A stretch of DNA of 64,000 nucleotides from Amphiscolops sp. MND2022 (taxonomy: Eukaryota): NCBI GenBank assembly GCA_964187785.1, contig OZ076409.1, positions 5,520,001 through 5,584,000 on the forward strand. Reading direction: 5' to 3'. The position numbers were made by a program, and so were the translations under genes. Shown piece after piece: positions 37,754 through 50,332 of the stretch. Numbering within the stretch: position 1 is the first letter of the stretch; every line of letters begins with the position of its first letter. A model generated the notes under the pieces. That model saw only the letters and a program-made list of their open reading frames with translations, had not been told where the DNA came from and searched no databases.

Positions 37754-39410
37754 CTAAAACAACCACATCTTTATGCAGTTCAACATCAACTAATACAAAT
37801 GTCAAAAGACTCTATTACTGTTTTTCAAGTTCAATATTAGTCCATTTTTTCAAAATGACTAGTTAGTACTGTCACAAGTCCCATGTCACGAGGTTAGAAA
37901 ATAATCATTGAGGATAGCTAAACTGATGATTCAAATGTCACCATGAGAATAATTTGGCTATTGTACACATTGACACACGTTTCTCCTCCAATCAGGCAAA
38001 ACGTCTAGTTTTTATCAACCATTAACGTAACTTCTGTACAGCAACGTAAAAAAACTTGACAGATTTCGAATGGACATCTCATCGGACAACATTAGCCCCT
38101 AACCCTCAACAAACGACCATGGGACATTAACGTTTCTCTAATCATTCGCTATTGCGTTGCTTCTTGTTTGTCACCGAACATACTAATACGAGACTTTTTT
38201 CAAAGTTTTCCCTAATTCTTTTCCTATTGATACCAAATAATAAAACCCTGTTATTAGATTTTGTGTATAATTTTCATGATAGGTTTTAAAAAGGAGTTTT
38301 AAACGTGTGATTACTTAAAGGAATTCAAACCTCAATATAAAGATGAATTTAAACTTTTATTTCCAAACTGAGACGGAAGTGTGCTCCACTTTTTTTCAAA
38401 AAATTTACTCAACCCAATTCAGATTCCAATTAATTCCTCAAGCTAAGAATCATTCAAAACTTTGAGACCAAGAATCTTTATAGACAAGCTTCACCTGAAA
38501 TATTTTGTAATTTGTTTGGAGTATCACAATTTTAATCATGTTTTTGTTAAATTTTTAATGTCAAGTGTTGTATCTAGAGAAGCGACTTTTACAACTTCTA
38601 GACAGCCCGATTGATCGAGAACGGAAAGTTGATAGATTCGAAAAGACTGATTGAAGAGCAATTGAAGTAGAAGAAAACTACAATGAAATGAAAAAAGTTT
38701 GACTTGAAAGCGAAAATACTTAATTCTTTTGTTAGAAAGATTAACTTTTGTGAGAAAAAGTTAATGATTTTACAATTTGAAAACATTTTGAATAGGCAGA
38801 TTAAGAGTTAATACGTAGAAAATGTGATAGGATCAAGGATAATGTCGGTGGTCAAAGGAGTGTGTACGTAAAAGTGTCAAAAGTTAAAGGTAACAAAGGA
38901 GTTATGCGAAGTGTCAATTAGGAGCTATCAAAAATGAATAATTAGAGCAATGATAATAATAGCATGTTTAACTGCTTCGATGTGAATGAAAGAGGGTTGA
39001 AAGATAAAAGGAAGATGTTATTTTAAAAGGAGTAGTGGAAAAATTGAAGAGGAAAATGGAAAAAAGTTTTACTCTAAAATTATGAAATATTCATTTTACA
39101 GTTGCAGAAATTTGTGTAGGAAGAATCAGGGGAAGAAAAGAGTGACGATAACAAAAGAAATCAAACAGCGTTACTGTATTTTATTTCTTTTTTTGGGGGG
39201 GGGGAGGCTTCGTTTTTTTTTCGTTTTTTTTTCAAATAATTTTTGCATGTGGACTCCTTCTTGGAGGAAGGAAGCCGTGTTGACTTCTTATGCAGGCTAA
39301 CTATTACGCTATTATGTAACCTCGTTCAGCTTGTTTAGCTTACAACTGCGATTTTAATAGGTACAATGAAACTTAACAACAATTTTTTTAAAGAGGAAAC
39401 TTCAAAAATT

Positions 39411-40700
39411 TTAGGGTTTTGGTTGTCGTCGGCATCTGGTGTCATTCGGTTCTGTATCTGTGGGCTCCACAGTCGTTACTACTCTTTCAGTTGTTGAACT
39501 TCTGCAGCTTTGACAAAACCATGTTGTTAGTGGATGTTTTCTGAGAGATACACAGTTATAATGATACCATTCAATTTTGCAGTTTTTGTTGCAACAATTG
39601 ATCATTTCGCTGTTGTACAGTTGTTGACAGTAGCAATAAACTTCGGTGGGTACTGTGGATGAACGCAGGTGTTGATGCTTATTCTTTTTGCAATCAAATG
39701 TTTTTGTGAATGGTTTAAGGCGTTGAATGCTGAAAATGATATGGTCGTTGTTTTTCATGATTGTTGCTGTAGATGATTCTCTGTTGATTTTGATGAGTTC
39801 GTGAGGTCCAGTGTAAGGTGCTTCCAAAAGTTGCTTTACTCAGTCGACGCGCAACCATATGAATTTGCAGTTGCCGAGTGCACCTGGGATGAGGGTCTTT
39901 CGTGTTGATTGTTGTCTGATATCTTTTAAGAAAATTAGCTGTTCGAGGTTGTCCTGAAGGGTTTTGATGAAGGCGAGAGTGATGGGTGCATTATTTTCTG
40001 AAACTATTGTCGGATAAAGTACATCTAGTCCTGTGGTGGCTGCTAATGGCGAAATGAGATTGCTGTCTGGTTGTGACCTCAATCCGAAAAGAACTGCCGA
40101 TAGTGCTGCTATCCAGTCGGCCTTTGATGACATTAACGATGCTTCGAGGGTTCGATGAAAATGTTCGACATTTCCATTGTTCTCTGGATAATATGAAGTT
40201 GTACGGAATCTGCAAAATACTAGAGTTTGGAAAAGTTGAGCGAGTATTTGACTTTCAAATTGGAATCCACGGTCAGTCGTGATGTACAATGGTACTCCGA
40301 AGCGAGAAAACCACGATGTAAGAAAAGCGTGGCAAACGTTTTTGGCAGTGATGGAATGTACTGGGCGGGCTTCAGGCTTCAATCCATTTGTGCTGCGGTC
40401 GATGAAGGTGACAAGATATCGGAATGGCGAATTGTTGATTGCAGGTAGTGGTCCTACATTATCCATGTGAACGTGGGTAACACGGGCGACGGCTTAATTG
40501 AGTTGGCATGTTGGAGGATGTATATGGCGAGTGATTTTCATCTGTTGGCGAGTGAGGCAGTTGTGGCACCATTCTTTGATAGTGCGTTGGGCATTCGGCC
40601 TCGTGAAGCTGGCTTGTATCATACGTGACGTTGATTTCTAGTTGCTGGGGCAAAGGTTGTGAAATAGGTAAAGATTGGATAACGGTGTTTTTTGACAGGA
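39411..40700 (-). pseudogene. Gypsy-type DDE integrase with GPY/F motif and C-terminal ING-type PHD finger
   Basis: HMDNVGPLP...FIDRST, WFSRFGVP..ITTDRG.QFES, NG.VEHFHRTL, APYTGPH, VYCYCQQLYNSEMINCCNKNCKIEWYHYNCVSL...WFCQSC. Confidence 0.9.
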
Positions 40701-40849
40701 TAGGTCGCGAAAAAATGCTTTTATCACACGTGAGAGTCGTGGTTCGGATCCTGAACATCTGTTTTCCATGTTGGTATTGTTCTGTCATTTGCTGTTGAAA
40801 TGAAGTGCTTTGAAGGCTGGCAATTCCTTGTACATCATAGGTGTCAATC

Positions 40850-42050
40850 AAAACTGTTGACGTTGATTCTACGGCTAATGAGGTATCGTCGGTTGGTGGT
40901 CGAGAAAAGCAGTCAGCTACAACATTTGTTGATTCTGAGATATGTTGAATTTCGTCAATGTATTCTGCTAATAAACAAAATTGTCGAGACTGTCGAGGGT
41001 TGTTGGTGTTGTTCTGGCTTCGTTGGAATGAAATGTTCATTGGTTTGTGGTCTGTGAAAACAACGGTATGGCATCCCTATCAAATGTGCTGTAATTTCTT
41101 TCGGCGGCAGTGAGTCGGCGAGGTAAAAACGCAAAAAGGCGGATACTGTTGTCAGTTATCTCGTGTAAGGCGGCTCCCATGGCTGAATCAGAGGCAGAAA
41201 ATGAAAGGCGTTGGTACTGGTTGCTTTTGGGAGTTTTTCTTTAGGCGGTACGAGAGTTTTGGCTGGGCTTCGTTGAGAAGTTGTTGTAGTGGTTCAACGA
41301 TATGTGCGTAGGTCGGGATGTTTTGTCGATAAAATGAGAACTTTCCATATAACGTCGAAGTTCTTTATGATCTGTTGGTTCTTGTAGTTCTGCGACCGTC
41401 TTGGTCCTTGCTGTCTGTGGTTTCTTTCCTTCCGATGTTATGGTGTATCCTAAAAAGTTTATTCGGTGTTGTAACCATTGGCATTTTTTGAAGTTATTGC
41501 GTAGTCCAAACTTCTCGAGGCGTGCGAAGAGTTCTGTTAGTGTGTTGATGTGATCACCCAAATTGTTGCTGGCGACGATTAGATCATCGGCGTAAGCGAA
41601 TACATCTGGCAATCCGTTGGTAACTTCGTTGATGAATCGTTGGAAAGTTTTACCGGCGTTCTCGAGTTCGAAAGGCATGCGAAGAAACTCAAGGAGTCCA
41701 AAAAGAGTCGTAATGGCTGTCTTCTGAATGTCGTTGGGGTGCATGGGAATCTAGTGATAAGCTTTGACTAAGTCTAGTTTGCTGAAGAAATGTTTGTCGT
41801 GAAGTGCGAACGATGAAAGCTGTGGCAGTTGGTAAGAATCGCGGACGGTGATTTGTTGAGACCGCGGTAGTCTCCAAAAAGTTTTCAGTCACAGGGGTCT
41901 TTTATTGGTACCACATGTAGAGGCGATGCGTATGGGCTTTTCGGCGGTCGGGTGATTCCAAAGCGTTGCATTTCGTCAAAAGATGATTCGGCGATAGATA
42001 GTGTTTGAGGGCAAAGCTTCCGAGGCGTACAAAAAATAGGTTGAGACGAA
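40850..42050 (-). pseudogene. Reverse transcriptase plus partly deleted RNase H
   Basis: YASPLHVV, FSKLDLVKAYH, KTAITT.FGL.EFLRMPF.L.NA..TFQR, FAYADDLIV, INFLGY; RNaseH end IQHIS..TNVVADCFSR. Confidence 0.92.
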
Positions 42051-42299
42051 ATGGGGATGCGATGAGTGGTAATGTGAGTACATGGCGTGTTGAAGTCGGC
42101 GTCTCCGAGAATAGATTAATGCTGTTCCATTAGACCTCTGAGAGCTGTGTCGGTTATTTGAGACAGGTCCAGAGAGATGGCTAGAACAAGGCTGTGATTT
42201 GGTGGTGCGGGTGAATTGTTGCGTGTTGAAGTGACTTTTGTGACATTGTTGGTTACTGTTAGGTTACGGCAGTTGATGTTTTCGTCTTTGTCTTTTAAG

Positions 42300-43330
42300 A
42301 AATCCAGTCCTCGAATGTTTTCATTGACGTCAGCGATGTAGAAGGTGAAATTGTAGTTGCGTCAGAGGCAGGGCATGGCGATTGTGAGCGTCATTTTTCC
42401 ATGAATCTTGATACGGTCTCTGTTTACTGTTTTGAGATTCGTTGTTGTCGTCGTGGCGTAATCGGTGTTGAGGAGCGTTGATATGATAATTGAAACCATC
42501 GATCTAGTGTTGGCGATGAAACTAGTCTTCTGCCAGTTGATTTGGGCGGCAAGACGGATGCATTTGGGATCCCCAATCGTTGCCGCGCACACGAGTGGGG
42601 CCATTCGTTTCCCCGTGCGGCGGGTGATTGTGCGCTGGATGATGGTTCGATGTGTGTTGGCTTTGGTCCAGGCCACTTTCACCATGGCTTTTAACGTTTG
42701 GCGGAGTTTGCGGGAAACAAATAAAAGCGTCAAATTTTCGGTCGTTTTCCGGGTGAGAATAGGTGGTTACTGTTGTCGGCTGTGCTGTTTCTTGGCGTTG
42801 GTTGCGGCTGGCGTGCATAAGATGATGACGATGACGGCTGTGTGGCGTAAACTTGCGTGTTTTCCTGGAAAGTGTCCTTCGAGTAGCTGTATGTTGTGTT
42901 GACTAGGTTGGCGAATTTGTCGGGTGGCAGGTCCAAGATTGCGGAAAGTGAGGAACGCTTTGAGATTGGCTTGGCTTGCAAAAGGCGGTGTTTGAATACA
43001 TCGTTGACCCTGGTCAGGTGAAATTCTGAAAGCTTGCGCTGGATGCGCAAGAGGCAAAATGAGGGCTTTTGTCCATCCACTGAAATCATTCCTAAAGCTT
43101 CTTCAATGAGTTCTGTTTTTGACTTCTGGTAGACTTGAGTGATTCTATCCTTGAGGCTTCTGTAATCTTCAGTTTCCATTGGCAGGTTGATTGTGAAGTC
43201 TTCTGGGATTGCTGCTTCATGGTGACTCTGGTTACAAGTGCGTGTTGTAGTTCTGACTGAGATGATGTTGGAGCTGTGATATTGTCTCCGGGTCCGAATT
43301 CGATTGTGTTCTGCATTTTGGTGGTATGGA
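42300..43330 (-). pseudogene. gag and aspartic protease of the TIR-bounded gypsy element
   Basis: ORF 42730: Y..LKDRI...YQKS..ELIEEAL...GQKPS; ORF 42362: FIANTRSMVSII (degenerate DTG) ...LKTVN..RIKIHG. Confidence 0.7.
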
Positions 43331-43611
43331 TATTTGGTTATGGACATTATTTCTGGTGAATATTCTAGTTTATATATACAATATTCGGGTATAGATCTTC
43401 GGGTTTCTTTACTGTCCCGTTTTCTTCTCGTTGCGTTACTGTGTTTTAATTTTTTGGGGGGTATCCTTCTTTTGTTTTGTTCTTTTTCATACCATTTTAC
43501 CATTTTTTGTTTATCAAATTTTACTGGAAAGAGAAACAAACGAGGTTTACGAGACAATGATTGAAAATTTGGAGAACGTTTTCCCCTTCTTTTGTTCGGG
43601 TGGGATTTTGA

Positions 43612-43629
43612 ATTACGTCGGGGTCACCA
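43612..43629 (-). promoter_or_regulatory. Primer-binding site complementary to tRNA-Trp
   Basis: Minus strand TGGTGACCCCGACGTAAT; 17/18 match to the tRNA-Trp PBS TGGTGACCCCGACGTGAT of avian sarcoma/leukosis viruses. Confidence 0.85.
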
Positions 43630-45015
43630 TTTCACGTTCATTTCTTAGAAAATCCCTAATTCCATTGTCTAAACCTGAATGAAAATCGCAGCTGTCACAA
43701 AGTTTGAATGAAGCAGCTGTCTTATCAAGCACAAAACTAAACAAGCTGAACAAGATAACATATTAGCCTAATAAATATATATCAAGAAGAAGGAGCAATT
43801 GAAGGAGTTTCTAAAAGAATGACTTTTTCTAGAAAGTCTTGACGTGAAAAGTAGACATTGTGAGTGTATGCATATACTCTTTTGGAGCTAGAGGAGATTT
43901 TGCAGGGTACGATTGGTTTCAAAAAAATGGAAGAGAATTACATAAAGATCAGTTTTTGGAGAGATTTCTACAAGAGGGCGAAGGAGATTCAGAAAAATGA
44001 GAAAAAAATCATCATTCAAGTTGGAGTGGGGGAGTTCCAGGCTTCTTGAGGATCGAAAAAGGACGAGTGGGGTCAAGGTAAGGTGCAAGGAAGAAATACT
44101 GTTTTTACAGGGTCTCAATAGTGTAGAGGTGGTTGAGAGAATAGTGAGAGTGGCATGAAAAAGGCGATGCTAATTTGTGATTTTGAAAAATATAGTTCTG
44201 AGTATGTTTTTGTTCAGTTCAACAAAATGTTGGTAAGTTTGGTGATGAAGTTTTTCAACAAAGATTAAACTATTATGGGAGTAGCAAAATAGATGAAAGC
44301 TGTATATAGTTTCCATGTTGAAAGTTACGTTTTATGGAAGAAAGTAAAAGGAAAAGAAAACAGCTTTATTCGAACACGACGAGTGAAAAGTGAGTGAAAT
44401 TGATTAGGATAAGTTAGGTTAAAATGATTTATGTTGATTAGTGATATTGATTTAAATAGATTCAGGAGGAACGCGACAAGATGAACAAGTTTTAGCAGGG
44501 CTTTCTGGTTGATTAAATATACTGTTGACAGAAGTTAATGGGATGTCATTGATTTTCGTTGGTGGTGGCGTGGGAGGAGAAATTTTGGTTAATTGCCATA
44601 CATTGTACACCGGGGAATTTTAAGAGGGAAACAAAAACGGTGTCATCATGAGAAGTGGAGTTATGGAGGAGATGTCAACGAAGGTAATTGCAATGGACGA
44701 GGAGAAAAATTATGAGGACTGCAATGCAAATTATATTTAGGCGGAGGAATTAAATTGTCTTCAGTTTATGGAGAAGTAATTATAGGTGGTTACGGTGGTG
44801 AAGTTTTAGGGGAAGAAGCAGATGTAGGGAGAGATCTTTGCCTGCGATTTTCGTTCATTGGTTCAAATTTAATTTTAAAACAAGGTTTATCTTTGACATT
44901 ATATTTTGTGTTTGAATGGGTTTCATTAGTCGATTCACAATGAGGAGAGGAGAAGAATCGGAGTCATTATTACCAGTATCAGAGTCTGAATTAGGAGGAG
45001 GTATCATAGCTGTCA

Positions 45016-45760
45016 TTATGGTTTGAGTGACAGTTCCAAAAAAACATATCCTAATGCGGAAATGAGTGTAATTATTTTTTTGAGGATTTGTTTGACGGTG
45101 AAGGAACGGTATAAACTAATGAGGGCATGAAAGGCGAATTGTAAAAAGAGAGCAGTGGAAAAATATATTGAGTTAAAACATGGATAATCGAAGAGTTTCA
45201 TGAAAGCATCAATAAACCATTGGGGAGTGACAAAAGGAGATAACGTCAACATGTAGTCATGGAGGCCAATTCTAAGAGATTTATGTGGGTTATCGGGAAG
45301 GAAGGAGTCCAGAAGATTGTTTACTCAGAAATTCTTAGTTAAAAGCTTTACCAAGGAGTTGGAGTGTATCATCGGAATGCTTTGCAATTAACACACGATT
45401 CCAAAAGTAATTGAAATTTTTGTGGGAGTAAATACCTGCATCTTAAGCAGTAAAGTTGTTAGGGCTAGTAGCAGTTTGGTTTTGAGTGGGTTCAAGAAAA
45501 AAAGGTGGGTCTGTTTTTGTGAATTGTGGAGTTGAAACAGAGTTTTGATGAGTATCGGGATCAAGTGCGATAACATTTTGAGGGTTTTCTCACATTGTAT
45601 TTGATTTGCATATTCAAAGCTTTGGCGAGTAATATGATCAAAAAACATGACAGTTTCTGATTAGTTGACAAGGATTTTATCATAACAATGTTCAGTGTGA
45701 AATAGAGAACCATCTTGGGCCATGCCATACGTTCATGAGTAACATCCAACATATGTTGAA
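45016..45760 (-). pseudogene. env-like viral glycoprotein, C-terminal part
   Basis: FFDHITRQSFEYANQIQC...P...EP...FTA*DAGIYS...FWNRVL, followed by hydrophobic IYFSTALFLQFAFHALISLY; lies downstream of the integrase fragment. Confidence 0.5.
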
Positions 45761-48700
45761 GAACTTTGTAGTGGCCAATAGGGAGAGGATTTTTGAGTTC
45801 AAGAAAGGAGTTGGCTTTGTTACAAGAAAAGGACTAAAAGAATCAATAATGACAAACATATAGGTTTTATTTTGGGAAGAGGGCGAATAGATCCTTTGGT
45901 GTCCAATGAAATTCTTTAAAAGTTAATACGAAGGATTTTCATAAAATGTTCAAGGAGGAGGAATATATGAGGTTTAACAGGAAAAAGTTCATTGATTTGA
46001 CATTCAACACAATCTTGTATAAAAATGAAGGACCCTAATGGCAGATTGGATTTGTATTGAACTTGGTTAAAAGCTATAATACAATTTTTTACCGGAAAGA
46101 TCATGTGAATGGGTTTTTTCAAAAGCAGCCTAAAAGAGTTTGAATGCTAACCAATTACGAGTTTGAATTATAGAGGCTTGAGAATCGATGAAACTTTCTT
46201 CAAACATTTTAGCGTTAGGTGTATAATATGGAATAAATGAAAATTTGGATCTTTGTATAATTGTTGAAATTGTTTGTAATGAGTATATAATAAGGGGTAT
46301 GCTTTAATATCTGGAGTAAGGTTAATTTGTGTTTGTTTTTGTTTTTGTTCTAACCATGTATAAATAGCAAACAGAACAGAGTCATCCTTTTGGGCTTGTA
46401 AAAGAATGGGTATGATTAAGAAAGTATTGCTAGTGGGAAAATAATTGAGCAAATGAGCAAACAAAGATGGGTCAAAAATGGTAAAGATTGATTAGATGTA
46501 GATTTAATAGGTGTTTGAGTTATGGCCTTAGTTATAACTGGAGTGTCGAAAAGAGGAACGGAGTAATCTATTAATTTAGTTTTTATATCATTTGAAAGAG
46601 AATGATCATGAAAACTTTGGTGATGAATTTTAAAAAAGGAAAAAATTAATAGTAGATGAAAGTCGAGATTGATTAGTGGTTTAGTATGGAATTCGTTTTG
46701 TGAAAGGACGTTTAGTTCGTGTAATCATCTTCGTATTGATCGGTTTCATTTAAGAATGGATTTTATTGAAGTTTTTTCGAGTTTGTTTTCAACAGGTTTC
46801 TTATATTTATTTGAAAAAGGGGACACAGACTGAAATGAAAAGTAGTTAAGTGGAAAATAGGTAAATGTATTACCTTTATCTTGACTACGAAGTGTAAATT
46901 GATCATCATCGTAGTCAACAAGGACTGGATGACAATCGTTTTTTTGTGTAGGCAAAACTTTTTCTTGTTCAACGAGATAGTGAACTTGTTTTAAAGAAAT
47001 GTTTCGTTTAAGATGAAGAAATTCCGTATGTGGGGATATTGTTTTGTGTCGTAAGTGACACATTTTGTTTGTTTTAGTTGAAAAGTTGCAATGTCAACAA
47101 CAGTGAGTTTAGTACCTGCACTTTGAAGAATATGAAGATTGGAAAATTTTGATAACATTATTTGTGCTTTATATTGTCGAGGTGTGAGGGTTCTTTTACG
47201 AGTAAAGAGAAATAAAACAGGATCATGGTCAAAAGAGTATTTTTATTTAGAATATTTAAAATGTTTAGAACCAACAGTATAGAAGACCATTCATTGTTAT
47301 ATGCTGGAGGTAAACGATCATACCAATTAGAGGTGGTTTCTGCGAGAGAACAATAAAGATGGGACATACGTCTAGAGTGCCATGTTAAATATAATTGAAT
47401 AACAAGGGGTTGTCGCCCAAGTTGAAATGTTACACGTGCACTAGGGTGAGCCAAAAAAATTTGAGGAGGATACGTATATTCCAAGCCATCAAACAGCTTA
47501 ATGGGACCAGAGAGAGCTGTGAAGGGAACAAAAGGAGTAGTTTAAACACTGATGGAGGTTGTTGCGAAGGAGATGGTTGAAGATGGTTTGCAAAACGAGA
47601 GGGTGGTAAAAGATAAGGGGTGGAAGATGGGAAGGAGAACCAGGCGGAGTATTAAATAGATGTGGTGAATGTGAAGTTGAGGGTCGTGTGGTTATGACTT
47701 GAATTAATGGAAGTGGAGGTTGTGGATCGCAATTAGGTGTTTGGTGACCAATAGGATGAGTGTAGGTGAGAAGATTTGAGAGGAAAGTGAGCGTTTGTAT
47801 CGAAATATCAGAGGCAGTGTGAAAAAGATGTGATTGAGGAATGCTTTGTGCATATGACCTATGAGGAGGAGGAAGACTTTTAATTAAGCTTTGGTTGTCG
47901 TAATGGAGGTTGTTGAAATGAGTAGGCAGAAAATCAAAAAATTTAGTAAAGTGAGGCAATAATTTTTGGAATCAGCAATAAACGGAGGAGATTTTCTGAC
48001 GAAAATTGTGAATAAAAGTCAAGACAAGCAACATGCAGTTTAGTATCCCGAACAAGTTGGTAATTTCTGAAAAAAATTGCAAAGTACAAGCGAATAGAAT
48101 TTAATTTGTTCTTTAGTTTGAGTAATCAAAGTGAGATTTTGGAAAAATTGGTATTGGAAGTGATGAATCTGAAGCATGTCAGTTTGAAAACACTGGTGTG
48201 TGATTTTTTCTATAACGCAATGGTGTTCATAATTAGTGAGATCAAAAAAGTTTCTTTTTGAAGAAGAGCATTTATAACGGAAAGTGTTAAAACATGTTGA
48301 GGAAGAAGAGTTTTTCTGTCAGAGAAGTTTCCAAGAAATATGGTGAAAACTTGTGCGATGGGTACCTAAATGTTCTTGGGATAGGTATGTTTTCGAACAT
48401 TGTCAGTAGAATTAAGGGGAGAAGTGAAAGTAATGGAAAAAGGAGGTTCATCAGGAGGTTCCATTAAAGAAATAAGGTACGAATCATGATTTTCACGAAT
48501 AAGAGGTATGGTATAAAAATCTTCAGGGTATGTTCCAAAAGAGAGGGGAACAGTTGAATTATAAATGAGGTTGTTTAAGAAAAACTTTTGTTATTAGTTG
48601 AGTTGTTTCTCGGGAAAGAAGTTGAGGAGCGTCTTCAAAGGAAAAGGGAAGGGGGTTAAATGGGGATGATTGTTAGACTTCATGAATGGTGATGAGGACT

Positions 48701-49408
48701 AATAGTTCTTGAGATGCGGTCTCAGAGAACAACACGATCTATACGTCTTTCAGGATGAGGAGGATGAAAACATAAATCATTTTTTCGACGGATTGGTTGA
48801 TAATATGGTAAGGGTTTAAATTGTGGCAACAATTATTAGTTGGGAAAAGGCTAGATAAGGGTTTTGCTTTAAAAAGGAGAGGAGCATGAAATTAAGAAGT
48901 GAGTTCGGGAGATTTTTAGGAGTTAAGTATGAATTAGAATTGAGGTATGGTAAGGTAATGTAGAGATTAATGTTAAAAAGAAAGGAGTTTGAAGAATGAT
49001 AGAGTTCGATGGGAATACAGGGATTGGAAAGCAAATGATGGATAAGGTAGAAGTTAGTGAAACAAAGATGCAACTACTTTTTCAACAAGAAGCATGAGAA
49101 AGACAACCATTGCTAAGATGTAGGATACAAAAAGGACGATAGTGACACAATTTTTATTCAAAAACTTTGATTAGGGATTCAAAAAACGTATCGGGGAATA
49201 AAATCAATCATGAATTTGTCGACGACGAGGAGAACTATAGCAAAGAGTCCAAAAATTTGCAAAATTATAAGAATAGAAACGGAATCATTTAAAAAATGCT
49301 TTCAATGTTTTAAACACAACTTTAAACTAGTGGTGAAGTTGGGTGTACCACTAGAGTGTGATTAGTACAGAAGAGGTGAAATTGTACCGACTACAAGTTC
49401 GAACCACT

Positions 49409-50332
49409 TGTTGGCGCCAGTCATCAGGAGGCGGAGAGGGTTGATTCAGAACATGCTGGTTGAGAAACAAGAACTTAAACTCCTTAAAACTTATATGAAA
49501 TTTTGATGAAGAGTCGAGACGGACCAAATCGGCGAACAACCCCCCCCAGTCGGAGTCTTCTCGACAACTACTAGACATAGAGCCATGAAACTTAGCACAC
49601 GTATGCAAGTACCTAACACAAACACACCAGCTAATTGTTAAGGTCACTCACCCCCTATAACCCCCTGTACCCCGAACATGTGTAGTATTCAAGGTTGTTT
49701 GAGCCGAAATGTAAAGATTGATATTTACCCCTATGACCACTTTAGAATGTAACTCTGTTGAAATTATTGATATTTACATTGTGTATACATACTTTCTACC
49801 CCATCTCACCAACATGCCAAAACCACCACATTGTTTGTTTACATAGCCAATAACTTCAATATTTCATTTAATTGTCATTTAATTATACAACATCTTTCAA
49901 CTGATCTTTGCCTATATTTACTGTAGAATTATAAACCAAATTTATACCATTATTAGATAGAGATTTTCACGACTGAGTAGCTATAGTCAAGCTGGGTCTT
50001 AGGACCAAGAGACTAATTGATCAACTTCTCAATCTTTACAACATTTCGCTAGAGTCAGAGCGACTAAGTAGCTACTCTCATAGTTGGAGGGCCGGAGCGC
50101 GTGATGATACAGTGAGGTAAGTACGTGCAGGATCGCATTGGATCCAAACAAGTGCAAAAAAGGATCATCAGGAGATTCCACGGGTCACATCGGACCCACC
50201 AGTCACAAGATACAGTCCTTTAAATAAAAAACCAGGATTTGTTTAGTAACGGTCCACAGTACTAAGCAACGGATCAGGGCGGCGTAAAGTTTACCAAGCC
50301 ACAGCGCAGGAAAAGGGCAAGCAGACGTTGTA
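49409..50332 (+). repeat. BEL/Pao 5' LTR
   Basis: Colinear with 56838-57690, with substitutions and indels. Confidence 0.9.

Larger units (their letters stand above)
39315..43760 (-). mobile_element. Ty3/gypsy-type element bounded by terminal inverted repeats instead of LTRs
   Basis: TATTA|TGTAACCTCGTTCAGCTTGTTTAG ... CTAAACAAGCTGAACAAGATAACA|TATTA (5-bp TSD); gag-PR-RT-RH-IN-PHD inside. Confidence 0.85.
38600..49408 (-). mobile_element. Old, heavily deleted Ty3/gypsy-like element with env-like gene (interrupted by 39315-43760; continues after 57696)
   Basis: gag-like L...TSNWYDRLP...NEW (47158 ORF), RNaseH end LSKFSNLHILQSAG, LLQAQKDD, integrase CVECQ...RISLDTKG...FVIIDSFS (~45830-46030); strong strand purine skew; boundaries approximate. 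Confidence 0.6.

Noticed and set aside
42465..42902. 145-aa plus-strand ORF
   Set aside because: Antisense to gag/protease of the gypsy element; no motif
39315..43760. DIRS-type element (inverted ends plus RT)
   Set aside because: Encodes a DDE integrase and protease, has a TSD and tRNA PBS; no tyrosine recombinase seen
49337..49349. Minus-strand TGGTACACCCAAC (and TGGTGCGACC at ~57921-57930) as PBS of the env-gypsy element
   Set aside because: Could not assign a tRNA or find a matching second LTR, so the element ends remain undefined
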